DNA of 64,000 bases from Gnetum montanum. Taxonomy: Eukaryota; Plantae; Gnetophyta. Shown here in pieces: positions 51,946 to 64,000 of the stretch. The notes below the pieces were generated by a model. The model saw nothing but the letters and a program-made list of their open reading frames with translations. It made no database searches and was not told where the DNA came from. The stretch spans positions 292,262 through 356,261 of the forward strand of contig MNCI01000751.1 of NCBI GenBank assembly GCA_015680685.1. The letters are read 5' to 3'. Position 1 is the stretch's first letter, and the number at the start of each line of letters is the position of its first letter. A program made the translations under genes and the position numbers.

Positions 51946-53882
51946 CTTGATGAGGATACATGATTTTTTCTTCTTTTTGTTTTCTAATGTCTTTATATGG
52001 TTTTGATTTTAATAAATATTTTATTTGTTATTATATATATATTTATTATTTATTATTTTCTTGCTATTTAAATTAGTCTTAGTTATAATCTTGGATTTTG
52101 TTCCACTGCTACCATAAAAATTTGTAAATGTTTTAATGTAGCTATCAAAATTTTGATTGATTTAAAATAGGCTAATTTTATCCATGAATTATGTTCCATA
52201 CTAACAATTTGTTAGTCTTCATGTAGTATTAGGTACTTAGCTTACGACATCCAACCATTTCATTTCTTGAATATGAAGTCTGCATCATGGAATCATAAAG
52301 GTTCTTTAACATTCGAACTAAAAAGTAACATGTGATTTTGTTACCCATCAAACTAGGAAAGGACCAAGTGGAAATGGAAAAGGACGTGTTCTTAAGGGAA
52401 ATTTTTATGTTCTTTTCTCAAATTTTCTTTTAAGTCTATGATTTCTCATTGCTATACCATCACTTTAATTATCAATCATAAATAGAAGCATGTCTTTGCA
52501 TGATGTGGTTTCCATTTATAAAAAAAAAGAAAAGAAAAGAAAACTAGAATGAGAAATCAAAGCACATCCCTTAGATAATTTCAAGGGCTACAAGGATTGG
52601 TTATGGGGCCAAAAAGACATGTTACCCATGCCTAAAGACACCCCTCTAACTAAGGCCCTTCTTCTCTTTTGTTCTTTTCTTGGAGTAATGGTTATCCTTT
52701 GTTGGTCTCCTAGGATCTTGATGGTAGAAAAGGAGAAACATGTCAATGCAAGGTCACTACAATTAGAATGAACTTGGTATAGACTTGGAATGAACTAATG
52801 ATGAATCTTTTTAATCACATAATTCAACAAGGATCTTATGTGACTAGGATGCAAATAACCTATTCATTGTTCTCCATCTATCATGTATTCACTCCATCAT
52901 CTCTCACATCACTACCTCATACCATCATCAATTGATAGTTTTGTTTTCTAGCCTACATAATCCTAAAGACAATCCCTCATATGGGTAGGAACCTTAAAAT
53001 AATCATTAATCATCCTCAGTGCCTATGGACTCCCTGTAATGAGGACATGCAAGGGCTTTTCAGAATATGCCTAATTTGGGGAGGACTCACTTGCATCTCT
53101 TTTGGGTTACCTTCGGTTAACTTTCCTAATCATAGGCTGATTATACATTTGATCATCTTGATAGCTTTTAAACATCCAAATTTCCCCCTTACTTTGGCAT
53201 TAGAATATTCTCCACAAACTCATCTCATAAATTCTAATTGCTTCCATTTTGTAAAAACATAAGATCTTTAATGTTGTTTCTATGATTCTACTTCTTTTGG
53301 CTTCCATTTAACTCTTGTTTCATCCTAAAAATCACTTAAAACTCCTCAATTTTCCAATTGCAAAATATAGCTATGAATAGTTATGTTGACACATTTTCGT
53401 TGATGTAGCATGGAGAGTTGATGCAACCTCATGGATGCATGATAAAAATACTATATATATATGCATGACACTTATCTCATTTTCACCATTTACTCAAAGA
53501 ACTAGAGGAATTTTTGCAATTTTTTAGAGTCAAAGAATCTTCTAAGAGCTCTAAATTTCAAATTTCTTAACCAAATTCACCTATTCTTTGATCTTCAAGC
53601 TATTGGATGTATGCTTTATGTCATAGGGGCATCAACACTATGTTTTGACATAGAAATTTTTTTTGAAATTTTTCTAACTCCAACGAAAAAGATAATAAAA
53701 TAATATTATATTAAAGATCATAATAATTAATATTAATAAAGAAACTCCACTAGAATGGGAATAAAATAATATTGTAAGCTTGTAATCATTAAATAAGAAC
53801 TTAATGACCTAACAAGAAAGGTATATAAATAAAATAAAGGTTATGACCAAGGGCTAATCCAAGATTATGTTTGTGATGAAAA

Positions 53883-56640
53883 ATGGAATCCAAAATAGGA
53901 TTGCAAGTAATAGGACCATTATATCTAAGAATCCAACAACAACAATAATAGTAATAACCAAAATCCTAGGAATAAGTAGCTAAGGCTACACATGCGATCA
54001 AGGCCTCTTTGAAATGAGCTTAAAGTGGAATCTATCAAGTAGATTTATACTACAGAGATGGACAAAGCCAAGCAGGATGAGGTCCCAGGACCAAGACCTA
54101 ACTTGGAGGTCATGTTTACCGAAGCCTTTCTACAAATGATCCAAACTAAGAAGATCTAAATCTCCATTCTCTAGGAGTTAAAATGTGGACCATTCTTGGC
54201 GTTGGCACTAAAAGAGGTCTAGAAATAACTACAAGGGTCTCCTTTATGAACTATTTTCTCCAATGACAAGGAGATGCCTTAGTCAAAATTAAGGACATCA
54301 CCATCTCCTACTCAGTTGAGGTCATTGTTGAAGCTCTTAGTTGCAAAACACTAGAGGAAAATTGATAGAAATATCTATGTAGGTGGACCCAAAGGCTAAG
54401 AAGAAGTGGCTCTAGCAATGCGATGGAGTGGACTGTAAGGAGTACAGTGCCCTAACCAAGGTGGAGAGAGCTTACTTCAAGATTACAACCTATTAACTCA
54501 ATCCAATGGTGAGGCCAAGTAAGGTTGTAGCCTTCTCTATTGAGGTATGTGTGGCTATAAGTGGGAATTTCTTATTAATTTGGTACAACTCATATTTCTT
54601 GAGATCAAAAAATGATTTAAGGAGAATGAGCAAGGTAGAAAAATCTTTCCCTTTCCATGCTTAAATAGAAAATTATGTAAGAAGGGATGAATAGAATAGC
54701 TCTCTATTCTAATAATGTGGTCCACTACACTCCTCTCACATCATTGTAAGAGATGATGTAGAATAAATCTACCACCAAGTTACAAGAAGAGGAGAAGCCA
54801 CCACCACCACCACCTATAGCATAAAAAAACAGTAATAGAGATGCTTGTAGCTACTGAACATCTTAGAAAACTTTGGGAGTAATAGTTGTAACAAAAACAA
54901 GAATCTAGATGTGGTGGAAAATTATTAATGTACCATTCAACCATGAGCCAATTGATGGAGGTCACAAAGATTATTAGTTGGTTGAACAATAAGGCACACT
55001 GCTATTCTAGCACAAAGAAACCTGGCACCCATTTGATCCAATTCTAGTTCTAGAGAAGTCACTATGTCCATCCTAGGACAAGAATTTCCCAATGTAATAG
55101 CCTTCTTTGTCATGCTAGATGGGTGATGGTCCTACTCATATCATGCAAGAGCTAGGAGATAGGGCTAAAGGTGTTGGCTAACCAAGTTAAGGAAGCCTTG
55201 AATGCTCATGCTACATCTATACTAGACATTACTCTTGTGGTAGACATATATGCATTGATAGGAGTAGAAAGAGGATGAATGGGTGTTTTCCAACATGAAG
55301 AAGTGTTGGAATGACTAGTGGAAGTTGGTAAATTACTTTTGGAGATCTTTAATCTCCTAGACAATATAGCAACAACCCAAGCTAGAGACAAGGGACAAAC
55401 TACTAATTGTCAATACATAACTTAAGAAGGCCATCACTAGCAATCCACTGTTAGCTACCAAAGTTGCAAAATTAAGAGCTAATCTCTCTAATCTAGAAAT
55501 TCTCATGCCAAATTTGACAAGGGATGAAGCTTTTCATTAGCTTCAAAAAAATTACCAATAGGCTAAGAATGCAAAAGAAATGATGATCTTTGAGGCATCA
55601 ATATTAGAGGCCATGACCAATAATATTGATTATGATCTCTTGTAAGTTTACAAGGAAAAATTGGTGCTTACCTATGATAACCACCACCTACATAATGCTG
55701 AGTAGCAAAAATAATAGATGATAGACTACATTTGTCAATAGTAAGAACAATTTTCCAAGTTAAACTTGAATCTAAGAAGGTTGGTTCTAGAGAATAGGAA
55801 TCTCTCAATGGAAATGGTTTGGACCCTTTGCTAGAAGACTAATTTTGAGATTGCCACCTGGAAAAAGGAAGTATTGAATTTCAAAAAAGTTTAAAATCAC
55901 TATAGAAACTATATTAGAGTGCTTAAAGAGGTTAACAAGAAAGAAATAAATTTGTCCAAGGTTATGGTGACCGAGGTCATCTAGCAACTCTAATATGAAG
56001 GTGATGCATGGAATCCCATCTTCAATGGACTCAATGCATATAATCAAGCAAAAATCTACATGAAGGAGTTGCAAATCAAGGAAATAATTAAGTACATAGA
56101 GTTAGCAAACATTTGTTATGCAAACTTGACAATGCTAAACATGAGGAGGCCTAGCATTGAGTTAGAAAAGTAGGTGACTAGCTCTTACCTTCTTTCTGAT
56201 TTAGAGTTCAATATTCATAAGGATACAAAGAAAAAGTTGGAGGTGGCCAATTTGGAGCTTAATATTCTCAAGAGCAAGTTCATGGATCAACCATCTATTG
56301 CTAAGAATGTCAATAGGAGCATGAGTAATCATTAGAATCTATAAAGCCTTGTCCAAACATTCAACCTTGAACGTAAATAATTCATAGCCTAGTTTGTAAA
56401 TATGAAAGAGATGTTTCCATCACTACCATGCCTATGAAATATTCTAGGACCATCACATTTAGGTGAAGCAACCTGGACCATTTATTACCCATGCAACAAA
56501 GAAGAAAAAATGAAGGTAATCCTAGATGCCTTTAAGTTTTTGCTAGTAGCAGCTGATCAACCATAACTACCAATAATGCTAAGATGTTATGAAGGACACT
56601 AAAAGCCATAGGAGCCTCCATCTTCAGGCACTATATGAAG
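53883..56640 (+). pseudogene. B2 env-like/3' accessory ORF
   Basis: Homologous to B1 33462-36150 (..IKDITISYSVEVIVEAL..FPFPCLNRKLC..), preceded by TATA at 53451 and an AT-rich leader intron. Confidence 0.7.
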
Positions 56641-56872
56641 AATTCATCCCACTTCTATCTATTTAATAGGCTCTTGTTTTTTTTTCGAAGGGACCAATTT
56701 TGTTGTAATTTGCATCAATTTTGTAATTGATACAATCTAGCACTTAGAGTTAATCCATCAATTAGTTTGACATTCATTTAGTTTATAAAGTTCCATACTT
56801 CTCTAAATTTTGTAGAAGCTCTATCCCATTTATATTTGCTCAAGGATAAGTTTTCAGTCAATCATGGGGGTT

Positions 56873-57680
56873 TGATGAAATGTCAATAAGATGACTACAT
56901 TGATGCATGCTCATTGATGCAGCTCCATTGATGTATCTCTATCAATGCATCTCAAGATGCATTGATGCAAGTATGTTGACACTGACACAGGCATGGCTTA
57001 TGTAAATGCACATACCCCTCATATTTATGGCACCTTTTGGTAGTTCCTTTATCTAAACTCTTGTAGTTTCTTCTATAGAAGTTAGAACATTTTTTCCTCT
57101 GAGTAACGGCATCATGGATTAAAGTGATTATATGGAATTTTACTCTAATGCATAGTTACCTAGACACATTTGCATGAATGAAAATAAAATCAAGATTTCT
57201 TCTATCCATTGAAGCACTTGGATTAGCATAACTTTACTTTCTAGCAATTTACTTTTTTATTATTAAGCAATTAATATTATCATTTGTAAGCAACGTGAGT
57301 ACAATCACTTCAAGTATAATATATTAATACTTGGTAATCTATGATGTTGGTACTTGTTATACTTATTAGTAAATAATTGGTGGCCCAATAGTGTTAGTAT
57401 ATGTTTAGGAAGTATATAGAAGGTGGGAATGGACCCTCCACATTTAGGCTAGTTAGCTAATTAACCACACTAGTAAATAAATATCTTACACCTCAACCAC
57501 ACTTAACCATAAATAGAGACTAATATGTGTTGATTGGGAAGATAACAATGAGTGACTACATATTTTACCATCTAGAAATATCAGCCATTTAGGTAAATAA
57601 AGTGTATGGAATTTGACCGAATCACATCTACATACTAGTGATTCATATGGTTAGGCATAGGTAATACCTACTATTCATCA
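56873..57680 (+). repeat. 3' LTR of B2
   Basis: TGATGAAAT...TTCATCA after the PPT. Confidence 0.9.
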
Positions 57681-58496
57681 CTTATATTTATGTTATATCG
57701 TGAGCTTAGTTTAATGTGATTAAAGTGACGATGAGAGCTCATGACCAATCTATCCTCAATAATTTGTATAAAGTCACAATTAAAGGCTTAGAGATGAAGG
57801 GTATAGAGGAAATAAAAAAGATAAGAGAAATTATGAGGATTCTTAGAATAACATGTCAAAATATCACAAATTTTGGTGTTTTCAATTCCATCTAGGATTT
57901 GGTCATTTACCACTATTTACTCAAGAATATATTTCAAGAATAGGAAGTAACCATGAAATTTTTTATATTCATAGTTATGAAGGATATTTCAGATGAGGAT
58001 GTCTATAATTTGGTAGCCTATAAGGACATACTAAACTGTGATGCTAACTTGTTGCAATCTAGAGGTCACTAAGAGAATGACACTAGATATTTACTAGTAT
58101 AACACGACATCAATTATTATCTCTCCCCATAATAAGGTACATATTTCTCTAATGTATACATTTTATCATGTGGTTGCATATTATGTGCATACTGTAAAGG
58201 TAGAGAAAGATCTTGTAAACTCACAATTAGTTTAACATGACACTTTGTCATGGGTAGATGACTTGAATAAAGGGATCTAGAAGTTGGAGGGTAGGAGTTC
58301 CTATGGTGACAATACAATAAGACCTAAAATTGATGCCTTTAAGTTCATGATCTTCAAAATTTTAAAGGAAGTTGTGAAGACCTACAAGAAGCTAATCTAT
58401 TTGAGGAGTTAAGCTACATCCATGATGGTTGATTTTATATGATTGTGATTGCTAGAAGAAAAATAAGTTGGAGGAATGACTGTTGAAGTTTGCAAG

Positions 58497-59363
58497 TGAT
58501 GAGTGGCAAGGTACCCCTATGCCCAACCATATGAATCACAAGCGTTCATGTGTGATCTAGTTGAATTCCATATACTATGATTACTAGGTATACTAGAGCT
58601 AAATAGTGTGTGTGTGTTGTTCATTCGTTGTCTTCCTAGTCTCACTTGTGGAATGCAACTGTATGATTAAGTGTGACTTGAGGCATAAGATTTTTATTAT
58701 TTTGTGTTTTTTTGTGGAATTACTCACCTAGAGAAAGAATTTAAGTAAGAGTGATTAGAAGTAAGAGTAATTAATTGCTAATTAAACTATATTCTAATCT
58801 AGCCTAACATAAGTAACCATTCCCACTTCTCGAACACATCCTGAACTTTGTGCAAACACTGTTGGACTGTCAAATGCTAGTTGTTTTTGAGCTACCAAGC
58901 ATCACATGTATGCTCAAAGGGGTCGTGCTTGTGTAATTTAATGATTTTCTTAATTGAGCAAAATTAATTACTGCATAAATAACATTAATGTAAATTGCAT
59001 GAAATATAAATGCATAGGAAATAAAATCTCAAGTGCTACAAGGAATGAATCAAAGAGCTCGTCTTTATTGCCAATGCAATTGTATGCTTAGGTACATCAA
59101 TGCTTGAATAAAGATCCATTCACACTTAGATCTCCTACTATGGGCACTTGGAAAATATTCTAACTCTCAAATAAACAAATTACAAGATTTTGCTAGTTGA
59201 CTGCTAAAAACTTACCCCCAATTGTGTGCCTAGGCACTGTATTTATAGACCCAAGAGTAACCCTACGATATTGAATGTATGATATCACATCTTGGGCCAT
59301 GATATCGGATACCTGATATCACAGCCACCCTAATATTAGACTGATAAAAAACATGATTTATCA
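58497..59363 (-). repeat. 3' LTR of B3
   Basis: The reverse complement begins TGATAAATCATG and ends CCACTCATCA, as in B1. Confidence 0.85.
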
Positions 59364-61340
59364 TACCCCCACGATTGAGGAAGAAGTCCTTTACAAAATA
59401 TAATGAGGGGTGTGGACTTATTTGACTAACATGCAGAGTGACATAGAGAAAACAAACAAATACAAAAGTTCCCAAGCATAGAATATTACAATTGTGTACA
59501 AAATTGGATGTTCATGATAATAGGAAAGAACACCAATGGATCCAAAGGACATCTAACCCCTCTTGAAAATAGAAGAATGAGGGAGAGGTAGAAGGGATCC
59601 AACGGTTATGAACAATCTCTTGCAAGTGATATGGTTGCATCCTTCTTAGTGATGAAAGTCCTACTTCCAGTCCATGCTTCCCATTGCAATCACAACAAAA
59701 CAAAGGATTAGTATTTATAGTGCAACAGAAAATGGCTAAGTACTTTGTCTCGTTAGAGATTTTAGCTAGCTAGGTTGTGATTGTGTTAGATTGGTTGCAT
59801 GATGTTGTTAGTGAAAAGACTGACAAATGGGTTAAGTAAGAGAAGTGATTCATATAATTTAGAAAAGGCTTAACACAAGGAATACTAGAAAGAGAGTATT
59901 CACAACAATAAAAAGGAGTTCATTACAAACAGTTGTGAAGGTCCATACAATTGGATGACATGGATGGGACAAGTAAAAAGAATTTGATTGTAATAATGTC
60001 TAAGGGTAAAGAACTTAACTTAACCAAACCAAAAGATATGCAAGTGGGTCCTCCCCAAAGTAGGCATAGGCCTTTTATGCCCTTGAATAACTTCAAACCA
60101 AGGATTCCATGGGCACCATGGATGATTAATGGTTACAGAAAGTTAAGTACAAAATCCCAAAAGTAATTGGTTGAGAAACCTAACACATCAAACCAAAACA
60201 TTGAATCAAAACATGAAACCGATAGTGAGGTGGGCCATGAAAAGCATATATGGATGACAGAGAGAGTGGAATGGAGTTTCTAATTATAGTCACATGTAGT
60301 CCCTTGTGTATTTTGTGATTAAATGACTTGGTAGGATCCATCCTCAGTCCAGATCAATACCAACCACTTTTAGTGACTTCACATCAACATTCTAAAGCAA
60401 GTCCATCCCCTAAGACGCAAGAATGCTTCCAAAAAATAGCCAGCATTTCAAATTGAAGTGAAGGTAGGAAGTAAGAAAGGGCCTTAGTTAGAGGAGACAA
60501 GACAAGCCTCATAACTAGTGTTTGTAGCCCTTTTATTTGGTCTAAGGGGTATGCTTTTAATTCCCATGTATTTGTTTTTGAATGGGAACCACACCATGCA
60601 AAGACCCATGCATTTTTTAGCATTTATTTTGTCCAAGGGGTGTTCTTTGAATCCTCATCTTTCTCTCTCTTTCTATTTTTGTGTGATGAGGACCACATTA
60701 TGTAAGGATGTATTTGATTTCTTATTGTGAAATGACATGGAATGATGAGAAGCTTACGAGAACACTCCTGCACACAAGAAAAAAAAAGCACATAGAATAC
60801 CACATCCTTTTGAAGCCACACCCTATCCAAAACCTTTGATTCCTTCCCAATTCTGGAAGCTACACAAGTCACCAATTTATTGAAGTTGCATTAATGAAGA
60901 AGAGACTGCACACTTCCAAAACAAGGAAAACCATAGAGTATGTGGATGGGTGGATGATGTGGACTCACTACCTATTACATGAAAAGAATCCATGTCCCAT
61001 TCATTAGTGATGACATTTAAAGCAAAAACCAGGCATTAACAATCAAATTACAAATGAAGCATACAATCATCGAGTAGTGCATTACCATTGTACCTACCAC
61101 CTTATTAGCAGAAAAAGCAGAGAAACATGTCAAACATAAGTAAACATAACCATAAAAGAAGGTAAAAGTGTAGATAATAAATATTGAATATATTAACAAT
61201 GGTGCAAAACAAAAACTAATGGAAGATCAATAACCTTAAAAATACAAATATGTAAAACAAAAAATGCAAAACAAAGAAGATGAAAACAAAAAGTTGTAAA
61301 ACCAAATATGTGTAAAACAAAAAGGTGAAAAACTGAGAAG

Positions 61341-64000
61341 TCACCTAAGGTGTTGGTATGGGTGGTCATCTCCCCCATGACTAAGTTGGAAGGGAGAGAT
61401 CCAAAATATTGAGCATGGTTGTCCATCTAATGAGGTGTTTGTTGCATTGGTTGGCTTGGGCTCATGGAAAGGTTTTATTTGTTGAATGTTGATTAATTGT
61501 TTCTTGTTTGGATTGTTAGGTTTGTAGATGATCATGGCCCTAGATGGAGAAGTCTCATCTATGATGTAAGGTCCCTCCCACAATGTTTGAAATTTGGTTC
61601 ATTGGGGTACATGTGCAGGATTCCAATAAAGAACCTTGTCTCATGGTTGAAACTTGACTTTTCTTATTTTGAGATCATGGTGTTTCCTGTTGAATTCCTT
61701 ATGTATTTCATTGGATGACAAGGCCATTAACTAATTTTCNGACCTCAACTTGATCATTGGCTTGGGGATGATATGATGTTATGATTTTATGTTCAACCCC
61801 TAAGTGTTGCATCAGATTTTAGAAAGTGGCACCTCTAAAATGAGTTTCATTATTAGAAATTAATGCACGAGGTATACCAAATTTGTTTACAATGTTTTAT
61901 TATATAAACCGAGCAGCAGTGGTGGATGTACATTTGGTGACGGCTGCTGCTTCTACCCACTTCGTACAATAGTCAACTGCAACTATTATATATGCCTTTT
62001 CATTTAATAAAGGTGTAATGGGACCCATAAAGTCAATGCCCCAAATATCAAATGGCATAAGAGGTTGTATCCATTGTTGTGGCCCCTCCATTTGAGCTGT
62101 CATTCCATCATCCCTTTGGCAATGATCACAAGCATAGAAAAATTGGTGTGCATCCCTGAAGATGGTTGGCCAATAATACCCTTCCATGAGGATTTTTATG
62201 GTTGTGCATCTCCCAACATAATGGCCCCCACAAGGACCTTTGTGAGCATCTTGAAGAACACACAGTTGATTTGTATCAAGGACACACCAACTAACTAGGC
62301 CATTAGGATAGATTTTGTAAAGGTTTTCCTTAATTTCCATGAGGTACTTGACCTGGTGAAGAAATTGTTATATCTTTCTAGTATCCAACCCTTGCAACAG
62401 TTCTTTCTTGAGTAGATGATGTCATACCATTATGGTTCATCGAGCATTTGTGCATTAATAGCACCTACAAGGAGAGATTCATTAGGGAATTTATCAAATA
62501 AAGGGCTCTCTTTTTCCTTGTCATCCCATCTTAGTCATGATAAGTGATCCATGACCACGTTCTCCATACCTTTACGATCTATGATCATAAGATTGAATTC
62601 TTGCAAAATCACAAGCCACCATATGACATGAGGGCTCACCATTGGTTTGTTCATTAGAAATCTGATGGTCCTATGATCTATATGCATAAACATTTTGTAT
62701 CCAAGCACATAGTGTCTAAACTTCTCTAAAGAAAACACCACTACCATCAACTCCTTTTTTATGCTGGTGTAGTTCAGTTGTGCACCTACAATGCTCCAGC
62801 TTGTGCAGAGGAGGTAATATGGACGTTTTTGTCCATTTGTGTAAGCACTACCCCCAAAGCATAATTTGATGCATTGGTCATCACATGAAATGGTCTAGAC
62901 CAGTCTGGTGCTTGAAGAATGTGGGTTTCAACAAGCTTTTGCTTCAATTGTTGAAATGTTGCTTCACATGCAAGGGTCTAGACAAACAATGCATCCTTTT
63001 TTGTCAATTCTACCAACAACTTGCCGATTTTGGAAAAATTCTCGATGAATTGCTAGTAATAGCCAGTATGACCAAGGAATGACCAAACTTCTTTGACTAT
63101 TTCAAGTTGGTGGGTTATTCCTTGGATGACCCTTATTTTTTTAGGGTCCACCTTGATTCCTGCTTTTGAGATGTGATGCCTCAAGACTGTGCCTTCTTGG
63201 ACCATAATATGGCTCTTTTGCCAATTAAGCTAGAGGTTTGTTTCGACACATCTCTTTAACACCTGCTCAAGATGGTCCAAGGCTTGCTCAAACATAGCTC
63301 CATAGGTAGAAAAATCATCCATAAAGACTTCTACCCCACTACCAATCTATTGTTGGAAAATGTTGAGAACTAATTATTGAAATGTAACTAGGGCATTACA
63401 TATACCAAATGGCATCTACCGGTAAGTAAAAGTCCTCCAAGGACTTGTAAAAGTTGTCTTTGCCTGGTCCTCTAGTGCAATCCAGAGTTGGTTATAGCCA
63501 CTATAACTATCCAAAAAGCTATAAAAGCTATGCCTCGAAATGGTGTCTAGCACTTGGTTAATGAAAGGTAACAAAAAATGATCCTTAAAAGTTATCATGT
63601 TGAGTAGTTGGAAGTTAATGCATACCCACCATTTACCTCCTTTCTTTGGCACAATCATGAGTGGGCTGACCCACTCACTATCTGCGATAGGGTAAATGAA
63701 TCCCACTTTGAGGAGTTGTTCAATCTCCTCTTTGGAAATCTATTTTAACTTTGGATTCAAACGCTGCTGTGGTTGTCATTTTGGCTTAATGATCAAGTCG
63801 GTGTATATCTTGTGCTAGCATATTCTTAGATCTATCCTAGTGAGCTTAGAATATGACCAAGAAAAGGTTGTTGACCATTTTTCCATAACTTTTATCAACT
63901 TTTTCTTCTATTTTGTAGCAAGCTTGACATTGATGATAACCGGCCTCTCATTTTTCAAAAATATGTACTCCATTCTAGCCAATAGCGTCTTCAATTCTAG
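61341..64000 (-). pseudogene. B3 pol (RT, RNase H, integrase)
   Basis: Motifs: GFIYPIADSEWVSPLMIVPKKGGKW..FKDHFLLPFINQVLD, LEKFRHYVLG, HKGPCGGH..CDHCQR..WGIDFMGP..AVDYCTKWVEA, WEGPYII. Confidence 0.93.

Larger units (their letters stand above)
44808..57680 (+). mobile_element. Full-length Athila-like Ty3/gypsy element B2 (~12.9 kb)
   Basis: LTRs 44808-45680 and 56873-57680, flanks cctat/cttat (5-bp TSD, one mismatch), PBS ttggtgccattgct, PPT atcatggggg, gag-pol and 3' ORF. Confidence 0.92.
58497..64000 (-). mobile_element. Athila-like element B3 (runs off the window), lacking the long 3' ORF
   Basis: 3' LTR 58497-59363, PPT (plus strand taccccca cga), 3' UTR homologous to B1/B2, IN-RH-RT at ~61341-64000. 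Confidence 0.9.

Noticed and set aside
57681-58496. Possible old integrase/chromodomain end with PPT and TGTTG LTR start (~58481)
   Set aside because: Too degenerate to translate convincingly.
61735-61745. Apparent deletion in the B3 integrase
   Set aside because: It coincides with a single N, so it is probably a collapsed assembly gap.

Overview
Eukaryotic, AT-rich, CpG-depleted intergenic DNA from a land plant, probably a large-genome gymnosperm judging by the element types (inference). It is a draft assembly with N gaps. I see no intact host gene. The window is a nest of old LTR retrotransposons full of stop codons. (i) Family B: three Athila-like Ty3/gypsy elements, B1 24197-~37000 (+), B2 44808-57680 (+, full length with TSD) and B3 58497->64000 (-). 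(ii) Family A: a Tat-lineage Ty3/gypsy family with an extra archaeal-type RNase H, present as A1 ~3951-15438 (+), A2 17974-24196 + 37082-43763 (-, split by B1) and a fragment A3 43764-44518. (iii) Relics of a chromovirus RT, a Ty1/copia RT-RNaseH-LTR and a gypsy protease, plus a 230-bp Hsp70 fragment. The main discovery, missed by the ORF track, is in both larger family A copies. Upstream of pol and antisense to the element, they carry a multi-exon gene with GT..AG introns at matching positions. It encodes an FCP1/NIF (CTD-phosphatase, HAD)-like domain with a degenerate catalytic motif, fused to a plant-mobile-domain/transposon-protein-like domain and a coiled coil. The elements also have internal promoter modules (motif arrays, TATA, leader intron) in front of their accessory ORFs. 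All domain calls come from hand translation and motif recognition, not database searches.
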